This document shows positions 35,401 through 47,203 of a stretch of DNA of 64,000 bases, piece after piece (position 1 is the first letter of the stretch; each line of letters starts with the position of its first letter). The stretch spans positions 136,650,001-136,714,000 of the forward strand of contig NC_058368.1 of the NCBI RefSeq assembly GCF_018350175.1, in the 5' to 3' direction. The translations under genes and the position numbers were made by a program. This DNA comes from Felis catus (lineage: Eukaryota). Below the pieces are notes generated by a model that did not search any database, was not told the origin of the DNA, and saw only the letters and a list, made by a program, of their open reading frames with translations.

Positions 35401-38400
35401 GCAGGGGGCTCCGCTTGGATTGTGTGCCGGCTGGGCATGCGGTTCGTCATTTGTTACGCTTGCGTCCTATTTCCCCTTTCGTCTTAACTGATGTTCTGTG
35501 GGTTGGGAGACCCTGGTGACTTGGAATTTTGCCATCTGATGACTGAGGGTTCTTTGGGGAGCCTAGAAAATAGATCCGTAGGAAGATGGTGATAATGCAA
35601 TAAATTGACAGGCCTGAGACATCCCGATGTGACTGCTTAGGAAATGCTTTTTGAAACCAAGGATGAGAGATGGTCCCTCATTTTCTCAACTGTATTCAAA
35701 ACGTACCATGTAAGGTTTGGTTATTTCTTCTCAAGTCTGAAACACTTGGGTGGGTCTAGCTTTATTTTGTTAGTTATGCAGCACTTCATGCCTGACCACG
35801 GTTGCTACCACCAGATGCCATTCCTGGGCAACTCTTTGACCCTCTTCCTCATTAGCCCCCAGCTTAGACTTAATAGCCATCGCCATTTTTCACAGAGTCT
35901 CACTTCTCTAGTGTATGTTAGAACATAGAGTATGATGCATCCACGCCTTGCGAACTGAATACTAGAGCCTATGAAAGGAGTTGTCACCGCTTCATTTTAT
36001 TGCTTTACGGGACTCAAGACATCTAAGGAATACCAAGTGTCAGTTTGGTGCTTTCAATTACTGTGAAAGAGTGTAACTTTCCTGTAGTTAGCACTGGGAA
36101 TCAGCAAGAATTTTTATAAAAAGGTAGACGTGTGTGGCATCGACTCTCCTGAGTTTTTAGACGTAAGTTTAGCTGATAACATTGGAACTTTGTGATGTTA
36201 CTTTATTGATTGTTTTCAGTTCAAGGTGGCTGAGAACCCAGGAAACATTTGGGGTTTAGTTTTCATTTTATTTTAACAGGGCAAAACCAACACATGGTGG
36301 AGGTTAGAAGAAATGCTGGAGAGTGTTACATTTATTATGTTCATCTTTATACTTTTCAAAGTCAAAAGGCAGATGGATTTCTGCTTGTACTGCTTCATTG
36401 GTATTATCTAGTAAGGACTCTGTGATCTGTGCAGAAATCCAAGCCAGTCCTCAAACTTAAGGTTATTAGATTGATGATTCATGCTTAATCTTCTCTAAAG
36501 GTTTACTTTTTAAAGTAAGTTCTAACTTTTAAACCAATAATAGTCATAAATCACTTCTTTTATTTGTTTCCAATGTGGGATGCTATCAGAAGACCTAAAA
36601 ATGATTTATCCCCAATGCTTTGAAATGATCTCTATGAGAGGTATTGTCTGCATTACACATAACATATATATTATGAACATCAAGTTGTTGGCTGAAAAAA
36701 AAAGAAAAAAGCCAATTGAAAGTTTGGTCAAAAGGGGAAAAATAGGAAAACTTCTTTGAGAGATAAACCTTGATTTTAGCTCTTTTTTAAAAAAAAATTC
36801 TGTTTCTTTAGTTTATGATTCAAATCTGCCCTCTGATCACTTTTTAGCATAGTTTTACAAATAGAATCTTACAGTTAAGTTAATCATGTAGGTACTAGCA
36901 AAAAAAAAAAAAAATACAAGCCTCTGGATCAGAGCGATCAACTAAAAAGTTCATAGAAAAAAATCAACTTTCAAAGGCCCAAATAACTGTCAGAACTCAT
37001 GTGCCATTTCAACATGTAATGAATGGTCATTTTGTTGGATTTTTCCAACTTATTGCCTCTTTTAGGAGTACAGATTTTAGTCTTTACATGAGAGGTGCTT
37101 TTTGAAAATTGTTGGCTTTATTAAGTGATGTTGTAAAATGCTTGCATGATTACTAACTTGGCAAGATAGAACCTGTATAAAGTAAGGGAAAGTGGTTCCT
37201 TATTGTTCATCCTGTCTTGTCCGGTAATGAACACATGCCCACCCCCAGCACGACACACACAACCTTTTCATTTCTCCCTTTTCCATCTGTAAATTTTATG
37301 TGCACTTTAGCCTCCCTTTTGTGCACTGCATTCCCCTGGATTCAGAGAACTGAGATGGGAAGATCCTTTGTTACCCTCAGTCACCTTGGCTGGAGGACTG
37401 GCCTGCCGACAGTGATGGTGCCCTGTTCCATGGCTGGGCAACAGCCCCGGATTAGATGGGAGAGTTCTTAGGATGCCTCGCCATAGGCCAACTTCTCAGG
37501 GGTGACAGATGTCCTCTGGGCCCAGAAGTTTAATAAATGGAGGTTGACCTCCATTTGGTAGTTGTTCTGTTCTGGCCCAACCTAGGTAAGCCAGCACGGG
37601 GCACAGTCTTCGTAGAGTACTGGAGATGCAAAGGCTCAGGAAGTTTGACCTGGAGCATTTGGGGGGATAATTCTTAAAAAGGCTAGGAATTTATCTTGGC
37701 CTCTGTGGTATCCATGAGAGGCCAGGATGACCTGCTTCTGAAAGCCTCTCCTGAACCTCTTGATCAGCACCCTACTAGCCCCCAGCCAGGAATTTGGAGA
37801 CAGAAGAATGTGGCAAGAGCCAAAGATGTCTTTCTGTCCTATGAACTTTAGAGGGCCCACTGTTGGCTTCCTCTTACGCACAGAGGGAAGATATTTAAAC
37901 CTACTGAATGCAATATGAAACTTCTTTGAGAAATACTGTTTCTCTTTACTAGTATTATTCAGTGGAAGGTACGAAGTAATTACAAAATATGTTATTTCTA
38001 AAATTGGGATAGAAAGTGGCCTTGTTCCCAAATTTTCCTTTCCAATTAAAATAACCTTCAAATCCATTGTAGTCGTTATTTTATAAGTGGCAGTAGTGAC
38101 TTATGCATTGTTAAGGCATAATTTGGCTGGCTGGAAATCTCTCCCTTGAAAAGAGAACCCTAATTTTTTTCTTTCATTGGCATTATAAAAATGAGAACTA
38201 TTATTTTTATCAACTGTTTCCTAGTGTAGTTTAAAAATTAATTTCTAACTGGTTTGTGTGTTTTGTGCTTTTTCCCTTGCTAAATTACAAATCATTCAGC
38301 TAGGAGTTTATGAAGTACAAAGCAAACATTTAATTGCTTGTGTCATGACGAGTTTATTGAAGCCGAAGGGAAAATGGCAAACAACGATGTAAGAGTACGT

Positions 38401-39951
38401 CTACCTAGATGAAGTCATTCAAGTGATGTAGCAATTTGGACATAATATAGAACAAAGGCCGAAAAACCGTATGAGTTTAATTTAAATACATATGTCTGCT
38501 TATTAACTTAGTGACCCAGCTTGACAAGCCAGGATACAAAGTGGAGCTCAGACCTGGAGCAAAGAGAGCCCACTTAACAATTACTAATTAAGCAGCTCAG
38601 ACAGGAGCTCGACGGTTTTTCATACTAGCCGAGTATGTAGTGTATACATTGAAGTAAAATATTCTAATGAATTCAGGCCTCTCAACCTGTCAAGCTTTCT
38701 GTGAAACAAAAAGAACCCATTTATCATTTCTGCACTAAAAAGATCTGCAAAATCTCAACATGCCTTTCTTGTTAAAATTTAAATACTCCATTAGCACAAA
38801 TGCAAGCTGAGGCTGTTGATGTTTCCAGGGAGACCCATAAAATTCTCCCTTATAATTTAGCCTCTCTTTAGGAATGTTAACTCTTCCACACCTGAATTCA
38901 TCCCATTTATTGTATGATAAATGTCTGCCTCTATTTAGTGGACATCCATCTGTGAAAATATTCCTCAGAGTCGAAAGGTGTTTGGCGTATAATCTGAAGA
39001 TAGTCTAAATATGTAGTTAAGTGAGTTTCCAGAATCTTTGTGTGATATATTTATACATATACAAGACATATACATATGTATATGTACACATGTATACGCA
39101 TGTATATACACACATATATTTTGTTTCTTTGCAAGATAAGAAGACTGAACAAGATATAAATGGGGCTGAATACAGAGAAGCACTAAGGATTTACAGGTGT
39201 TCAAACAATGCACTACCATTCGTACTGCCCCAAGTCTGTTTGAATGACTCATGACCAGCAAAAAATGGTTAAATGACGTGTTTATTTAGAGATAGTTCTT
39301 CTGCTGTATTTTACCTAGAGGGTCAAGTCCCTGCTCTTAGTAGGTATGCAGTAAATGACTCTTGTCCCAGAGGTTTGTTCCTGGCAATTGAAGATCCTCC
39401 AGGAAGGGTACAATCATGGATGTTCCATAATGGCCCCACCATGAGCTACCTATTTGGGAAAGTATAAAAATACAGAAAAACAAACACATTCCAGAGTTCT
39501 GTGGCTTCCCAGTTTTCCCTGGCTTGCTCCCCAGTTCTCCCTTCTTCCGTGTCCTCTGCGTCCCGCCTCTGGTCATCCCCTTCGGAAGGACAGGAGGAGA
39601 GGGGATGAAGGAGATAGTCCGTCCAAGTTCCTTTTACCCCAGCTATCAGCCTAGTGAATGGAATAGACAGTTCGTGGCCCCCCGACTCTGTAGAATTTTT
39701 CTAAAGTATAAAATGTTGCCCCCCCCTTTTGTTTTTGCCTCGGGGTAGGAAAATTCAGTACAACTAACAATTGTGAAAGAAAGAACTACCCCCGCTAAGC
39801 TTGTCCAGTAGAATAAATGGGGGAGGGGACAGATAGGTGAAGTCCTTAAGATTGAGATCCAGTCTTCTTATGAAAGGTCACGCAAGCTTTGGATTGATCT
39901 GTAGGAGTTGGGAAACCCAGGTCAAAATGAGGTGGGTAAAGAAAAGAAACC

Positions 39952-40197
39952 GGGGCGCCTGGGTGGCGCAGTCGGTTAAGCGTCCGACTTCAGCCAGGTC
40001 ACGATCTCGCGGTCCGTGAGTTCGAGCCCCGCGTCGGGCTCTGGGCTGATGGCTCAGAGCCTGGAGCCTGTTTCCGATTCTGTGTCTCCCTCTCTCTCTG
40101 CCCCTCCCCCGTTCATGCTCTATCTCTCTCTGTCCCAAACATAAATAAACGTTGAAAAAAAAATTAAAAAAAAAAAAAGAACTTAAAAAAAAAAAAA
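39952..40197 (+). mobile_element. Very young felid SINE (SINEC_Fc type) in intron 1
   Basis: ggggcgcctgggtggcgcagtcggttaagcgtccgacttcagccaggtcacgatctcgcggtccg with CpGs intact; long A tail; TSD aaaagaaacc. Confidence 0.95.
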
Positions 40198-40675
40198 GAA
40201 ACCATACGTGCACACAGAATGCACATGCACACAGAATGCACATGCACACTGCAGAAAATACCATTTGAAAACCAAAGGCCTGGACTTGAATGCTCGCCCT
40301 CCTTCTACATTTTCTTGCCACCTACAAGGGGACCATGGGAAAGGTAGAGGTTATCTCCCGGCCTCTTAACTGCAACAGAACTTCCCATCTCCCTGTCCTT
40401 TCTATTCATTCCCTCCCTAGAGTAAAGCCTGTCATTTTCCTAATAACTGTTTTCTTTACCCTCCCAGAAAAGCTGCATTTACGTTTTATGAGGGGCAGAA
40501 GTTCAACCCACACTGCTAGTCACCCCTCTCTGTGGCCTGGTACAGAGACCTCCCCGGCCCTCCCATTTTGTGGGCATCCACTGCTAGCCAGCAGGCTCTT
40601 GAGAAAAGAGGTTTCCACATCCTCCCTGACAGCCTGAGAAATGTCACAGTGATGTTTTCCAAACCGCTCTGAAGT

Positions 40676-40682
40676 GACTAAC
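40676..40682 (+). promoter_or_regulatory. Candidate branch point for exon 2 (GACTAAC, branch A at 40681)
   Basis: 6/7 match to TACTAAC, 38 nt upstream of the exon, no AG before the acceptor. Confidence 0.65.
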
Positions 40683-40718
40683 TGGAACTCTGTCAATTCT
40701 CTTCCTTTTCCTCCCTAG

Positions 40719-40820
40719 GAATCCGATCATGGGACACAAACCTGATTGAATGCAACCTGGACCAAGAACTGAAACTTTTTGTGTCTCGACACTCTGCAAG
40801 ATTCTCTCCTGAAGTCCCAG
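40719..40820 (+). CDS. MAP1B: MAP1B coding exon 2 (102 nt, phase 1-1)
   Basis: Polypyrimidine acceptor ctcttccttttcctccctag|GA; continues the exon 1 frame as (G)IRSWDTNLIECNLDQELKLFVSRHSARFSPEVP(G); donor CCAG|gtgagg at 40820/40821. Confidence 0.97.
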
Positions 40821-43409
40821 GTGAGGCTTTGGTTCAGTATTAGTCAGACTAGACTTTGAAAGGACCTGGGGTGGGGGGGATGGGCAGGGATCGGCTGATG
40901 ACTGGAAAGCTTTGCCTGGGGCATCAAAAAAACGTTCTTACTGCTAAAGATTTCTTTGTATTTGTTGTTATCAACGAGGTTAGCCAGAAGCACATTTTAA
41001 GAAAATCAATTCTGAGTTATCACTGTGTGGCTTATCAACTTTGCGGATTCTTAGTGAAAAGTTTTAAAGTTCTGGGGTACATTCTTTTTCTATTCCATTG
41101 CACTCTGACTTCAGGGGATTGAAAACTATTTAAATACTAACTTTATTCAAATAAATCTATGACTGTAAATTGGATGCCCCTCCCTGCCCATGCCACAACC
41201 TCTTTCCCTCCCTAGAAAATGGAAACATCTCCATTTCAAAATGAAATATACCTCATCATTTCATCATTCCATTATCACTCACTTTTCTTGGTGCGGGTAA
41301 AAGAGTCTGAAATTCCAAACTGCTGTTAAAATAGCCTTTCTTTCAGAGATGGCAAAGAATTCTACAGAGTAAAGGTAAGGACACAAAAATCTCTTATATG
41401 TGGAAAGGCTACCAAGAGCCAGCTGCCTCACTAGGGATGTACTCTGACCTATGCCTCTAAGCCTGGGGATATAGTGAGCCTCGCCCACCTTATCTTCCTC
41501 TTGTGAGAGTGACCTGTAGGTCTCTCTCTTGGTCACCTTTGAGGATTATGAGCAGAGGTGCTGGACCGTAAAGACCCTGAACCTCCAAACCTGTGTTTCT
41601 CAAAAGCTCTGCCATTGATCCATCATAGACAACTGTATTGCATTTTATTTCTTGGATATCACTCAAGTTTTATGTAAAGTGGTGAAAACTCTTTTCTATC
41701 TGCATGATTCTGTTGGATGATTGCTAATTTTATTGGCATTGATATAAAATCGGGAATGGGGCTCATAATTTCTCCCCCCCATTGATTACATCATATGCCA
41801 TTAGCCTTGGACATGGCAAGAGTTGAAACCACTTGTAAAATGTCATCATTCCATGAATCACACTTGGCTGCAGCAACATGCCCACGAGACAATCCCAGTT
41901 CTTCGCTTTGAGTGTGAGATTAGAATAAAATCCCATACATTTCTGTTGTCCAAATGAATTGTTGCTTTCCAGCGTGGAATTGAGTCAATGTGCTAAGAAA
42001 AACATAGCAGAAACGGGTTCATTAAAAGCTAACTTGCTGCACAGCAATGTGAAAAAATCAGCTTTTAAGTAACTTTGCTTTGAGATCAAAACAGAGAGAT
42101 CCAGAGACTATCAGACAGCACATGGTTTGCTGAAGTAAAGGTATAGTATATGGTTCCTTCTTACATTATTGTGTTGTGTTTTTATGTCTTGCACATCTCC
42201 GTAACTTTTAAAAACACCTCGTAAAAATAAAAATAAGAGAAGTACCCTTTTCAACAAGTATGTTTCAAAATGTAAAAGGCAACCTTTTGTTTTTTCTCTG
42301 TAGATTTTCTGGCTTTCTTATATGATTGTTTGTAAAGCCACTTTTTTTTTTTTTTTTTTTGGTAAACAAATCATGTGATTGCCATTGTGTTCATTCATCC
42401 TTGGATTGACTTTGTGGAATGACAGCTGTGCATTGCAAAATGAAAGGCTACCAGAACCGCCGAGGAATTTACCATTTTCGGACCAAAGATCTAAGATTAG
42501 TTTTGTGGACTAGGAAGGTCAGGTTCTCCAAATCACCACTTTAGCCCAGTATACCCTGTTCTCCCTCCTTTTCCTGCTATACCCGAAGTAGGGATTGGTT
42601 ACTCACCTCGTTGTATCAGTGCTACGCTAGACACTCTGTTTAGAGATGGGCCTCTGGACCCGTAGCAATCCTCCCATTCTTGCTGACTCCAGAAAGGGTG
42701 GGTATCATGACCTTCCCTTTTGAGCCTAAGAGTGCAAAGTGCAGGGCTGGGCCTCCCCACTGAGGACTGAACATCTAGAACAGAGCCACTGGAGCATTGC
42801 CCTTGTGTGGAGAGCGTTCAGAGTGGCTTGAAGGTGTTTAACCAAGACTATAATAGATGGTGAAAGCACATGTCAGATTCATTTTCAGGTAAGTGTGTTT
42901 TAGAGAGAAGAGACGTTATGTTAGAGGACACACATGCCAAATTGGGGTGAGTAGACATCACAGGATGATCCTTGGCTTAGACCCAGTGAAGCCCTTAGCT
43001 TTTCCTGAACAAACTGGAAAGCTTTGAGGGGAAATTTGAAGTCTGTTTTTAAGTGGGTCCCAGTCTGGTGGTCTCTTCCCTACTCCCTGAAATTCTGTAG
43101 AAGCTAATATATGTACCTCAGGCCTCCTAAAATGGAGCCAGCTGCACCTCTTCCTTTAGTTTCAAGATTCTAAGTTAACCTAGAGTCAAGGCACAGGATG
43201 AAGCGTGGGTTCATTAAAAGAATAAAGCCATTCAGTCAGTTACAAAGTACTTAAATAGCACCTGCAAGGTGCCAGGCACTCTGGGGTCAGGGTGGGTGAA
43301 CACAGTGATGAACAAAACCAACATAGTCACTATTTTACTTGCAGGAGAGGAGGCATCCAGCAGTCGCATGCGGACTAGCATAACCTCCAGTGCGCTGCAC
43401 CAATTCCAG

Positions 43410-43637
43410 TTTTTTATTTTATTTATTTTTTTAATTTATTTTTGAGAGAGAGACAGAGAGAGACAGAGCACGAGTGGGGGAGGGGCAGAGAGAGAGAAGG
43501 AGACACAGAATCCGAAGCAGGCTCCAGGCTCTGAGCTGTGAGCACAGAGCCCAGTGCGGGGCTCGAACCCATGGACCTTGAGATCACGACCTGTGCCAAA
43601 GTCGGGTGCTTAACCAGCTGAGTGACCCAGGCACTCC
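43410..43637 (-). mobile_element. CanSINE, antisense in intron 2
   Basis: Reverse-complement consensus. Confidence 0.9.
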
Positions 43638-43777
43638 TGGTTTGGTATTTTTTTAGGCTAGCAGAGTTACAGTGGAATGTTCGTTGTCTTCCCTGACACA
43701 AATAGATTGGGAGCTAGGGTTGCTCTTACCTATTTTACAGTCATGTTATGCCTCTGTTGTTGTTGTTGTTGTTGTTG

Positions 43778-43984
43778 TTTTTTAACGTTTATTTATTTTT
43801 GAGACAGAGAGAGACAGAGCATGAACGGGGGAGGGTCAGAGAGAGGGAGACACAGAATCGGAAACAGGCTCCAGGCTCTGAGCTGTCAGCACAGAGCCCG
43901 ACGCGGGGCTCGAACTCACGGACCGCGAGATCATGACCTGAGCCGAAGTCGGCCCCTTAACCGACTGAGCCACCCAGGCGCCCC
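43778..43984 (-). mobile_element. Young felid SINE, antisense in intron 2
   Basis: CpG-intact reverse-complement consensus; TSD ctctgttgttgtt. Confidence 0.95.
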
Positions 43985-44925
43985 TCTGTTGTTGTTTTTA
44001 AGGATTGGAGATGACTCATGAAAGACTGGTGATAGCCTCCAATGCAGCTAACAGATCATGCAGGTGGCACAGCCTCGTTTATTCTCTGGAACTAGTTTAA
44101 CCCTTGTATTTGTTTTTAAATATGATTTTGAGATTCAGTTTGGCTAACTCTAAGACTGCAGGTCTCATTCAAGACCAGTCTGAAAGATTTAGTCATCTTG
44201 AACAAATACCTTTTGAGCAGGAATCTGAAATGTGAGTGCTTTCTCTGTACAAGGTGGGGGTCCTGTGGTACGAATGGTGAGCTGGTGGCTCCCTGGGATC
44301 CCTGAAGCTGTGTACTGGGATCCCTAAGCTCTCCCCCACTCTGACACACTATAATTCTCAGAATGATCGGTCATCTGGATCATCCTTTACCCTCTGGAAC
44401 GTGTTGTAGCATTGACTTGCCTAAAAGAACATTCAGTAAACCTCTGCTGTGTGCCCTGGGCAGGTCTGCTGCCTCAGCCTGTTGTAAGACCATTCTTGGC
44501 CACATCTAAGCTAGGGTCAAGCAAGACTAGTTATCTTGAGAGAAGAGGTTAGGTGGTCCATCATGAATGCTCTCCAGTCTTTTGCTCAAGTCCAATAACT
44601 GAGTCTTTTCAAAATAGAGGAAATGTCTTGTTTCCTTATATGTATCAGTTCAAATACTATCAAAAAAATTTTATTTATATATTATGGCATGTGTTTTGTA
44701 CCTTGATCACGTTGAGTGAGAATCATTTTTGTAAGTCCCACCACAAGAGTAGCTAGGTCGACCGTGCTGTATAGAATTTATTTCACTCTCTATTCTTATT
44801 TGCTTCCTTGCCTAATGTTACTTTCGATCTCTTGTAGTAACAGAGGAGGATATCTCCTAGGGGTTACAAGAAGTGCCTCATAATTATCTGTGTTAGAAAG
44901 ACATCATTTTAAAACGGCAAACGAA

Positions 44926-45130
44926 GGGTGCCTGGGGGACTCAGTTAAGCATCCAACTCTTTCATTTTGGCTCAGGTCACGATTTCACAGTTGTCGAGTT
45001 CAAGCCTACGACAGCGACAGTGCATAGCCTGCTTGGGTTTCTGTCTTTCTTTCTTTCTGCCCCTCCTCCACTTGGCTCTATCTTTCTCTCAAAATAAATA
45101 AAAATAAAACTAAAAAACTTAAAAAAAAAA
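44926..45130 (+). mobile_element. CanSINE (degenerate)
   Basis: gggtgcctgggggactcagttaagcatcc head and A tail. Confidence 0.8.
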
Positions 45131-45292
45131 GTACTTCATTGAATTAATTGAAATTAATTTCAATTTTTCCCCCATCATTTGCCACTCTGATCTGCCTGTT
45201 AAAATAATTTTAAAAACTTGATAACCAAAATTCATACCAGCAACATAGCATAATGATTAAGAGTAGAGATCCTGGAGTTAACCTACCTGAAT

Positions 45293-45511
45293 TTTTTTTT
45301 TAAGTTTATTTATTCATTTTGAGAGCGAGAGAGAGAATGCATGATGCGTGAGCAGGGGAGGGGTGGAGAGGAGGAGAGAGAATCCCAAGCAGGCTCTGTA
45401 CTGTCAGTGCAGAGCCTGATGCAGGGCTTAAACTCACGAGAACTGTGAGATCATGATCTGAGCCGAAACTAAGGGTTCGATGCTTAACTGACTGAGCCAC
45501 CCAGGAGCTCC
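45293..45511 (-). mobile_element. CanSINE inserted into a MIR (MIR ~45243-45728, + strand)
   Basis: TSD taacctacc(t/c)ga(a/g)tttt; MIR core cttgggcaagttatttaa...cagtgcttggcacatggtaa follows. Confidence 0.85.
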
Positions 45512-47167
45512 TAACCTACCCGAGTTTTGATCCTAGCTCTGACATTTATTTGCTGTAGGATCTTGGGCAAGTTATTTAATCATTCTAAGCCTTAGTTTAA
45601 ATGTCTGTAAAGTAGGGACAGTCACTTCTACCTCCTAGAATCTTCACGAGGATCAAATGAGTTAATGCGTATAAAGATCTTGAAACAGTGCTTGGCACAT
45701 GGTAAAATGTAAACTAGTGTTAACATTGTCTCTTTTGTTGAAAGTCTATTTGTGTTGTGTACTTGCTGATTATTATTATCTGTGGGAAAAACTGGCCCGA
45801 GATAGCGGCTCCTTTTTGTAATATTAAAATTTTTATCAAAGATGTTTCTCAGAGAAACAATTGTCAGAAGACACATAACTGCTGGTTATGGGTCAGGGGC
45901 AGTAACATTGTAGGACTGAGTTTAGGAAGGTCCTTTGAGCACGAGAGCAAAAGGGAGGCAATCCGTGAAGGTCCTGGCATCACCGAACCTTTGGGCAGCA
46001 CTGGGGACCATTTGTTAAAGGGTCTTGGTGTCAATGCCAAGAGGCTGATGTGGGAGGGGACACTAGTGTGCTTTCTCGCTGTGATAACCCATCTATTGGT
46101 AACTCCTTCCCCTCCATTCTACCACTTGGTTCTCTCTCCTACCCTGTCCAATCAACAAGTGACCATAGCCTTTGCCAGTTTTAAGAAGCTGAGATTTCTG
46201 GTGGTTTATATTCTTAGTCAATTGGATACGTAGCGAGACCTTGGCATATTTACGTTTTGTCAGTAGTTTTATAATTCCTAGATCCCAAGATCCCAAAGAT
46301 CTTCATGCAGGTGTGTTTGGGTGGTTCTGCTTAAGAACCTTCTCTCTGGAAGACAAACCGTGGCTGAGCATCCTTAGATTTGTGCTGCGTGACTGCTAAA
46401 AATATCTGCCCTCTAGATTGGTTTCTGATGGAGAATTAAAAGCAAGCCTTTTGAATTTAAGTCATGCGAATCCTCTACTCCCTTTGACATTAATGAGGCA
46501 GGGTTTTAACAATATTTGCCAGGAGAATGATAAGAAAATGCTAAAATGCTCTTAGAACAGGTCTGAGAATATTTTTAGTTGCCTTCTTACTCAGTCTAGA
46601 CTTGTATGTTTAGTCTGTCGTTGTACAGAATTATAGCTTAATTGTATGTGCCTAGAATGCGTCAACTGCTCTATGACAATGAGTAATGAATGGGTTTTCA
46701 GCCCAGCTCCCAACCTTTAAACAATAAAGCACACAGATATACGTATTTAGTTGTATTCAAGAGACTGACTTAACCCTCAGGGAACCTGTGTTTTCAGAGG
46801 GAAAGCAAATTCTTCATCTTCCTTTTCTCTCTTTTTCACATTGCACACGCATAGGTACAGGCACTTGCCCACATGCCTGCAGGGCTTGTCTTTTCTCATG
46901 GTACCATCATCCAAGGTTATGGGAGGAACTGTGGTATGAGAAGAAAACCACAGAGAGTCTTATTTTGTTGAAGCAACCAGACCTCTGTTTAACATCCATT
47001 GAGGTCAATGTGTGGTGCCTGGGAAGGGAACTCCCATTTTAATGCAAACCACTGGGCTTTCTCCCACTTGCCCCCTGCCCTTGGCCTTCCCACCCCGTTG
47101 TGGTTGGTGGAGAATTAGCAGCTCCTCCTGCTGCCAGCTCCCGCTCCACTGCTCCCATTCACACGTA

Positions 47168-47203
47168 GCCCAGAGCGCCCAGAGCGCCCAGAGCGCCCAG
47201 AGC
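47168..47203 (+). repeat. (GCCCAGAGC)x4 perfect 9-bp tandem repeat
   Basis: Read directly from the sequence. Confidence 0.95.

Larger units (their letters stand above)
32467..40718 (+). other. MAP1B: MAP1B intron 1 (GT-AG, 8252 nt)
   Basis: gtaaga...ctccctag joining two in-frame exons. Confidence 0.95.

Noticed and set aside
39952..40030. tRNA-like A/B boxes in SINE heads
   Set aside because: tRNA-derived SINE promoters, not tRNA genes
43398..43647. SINE flanks that look like an inverted TSD (caccaattcca versus tggtttggta)
   Set aside because: Too short and imperfect to separate from chance
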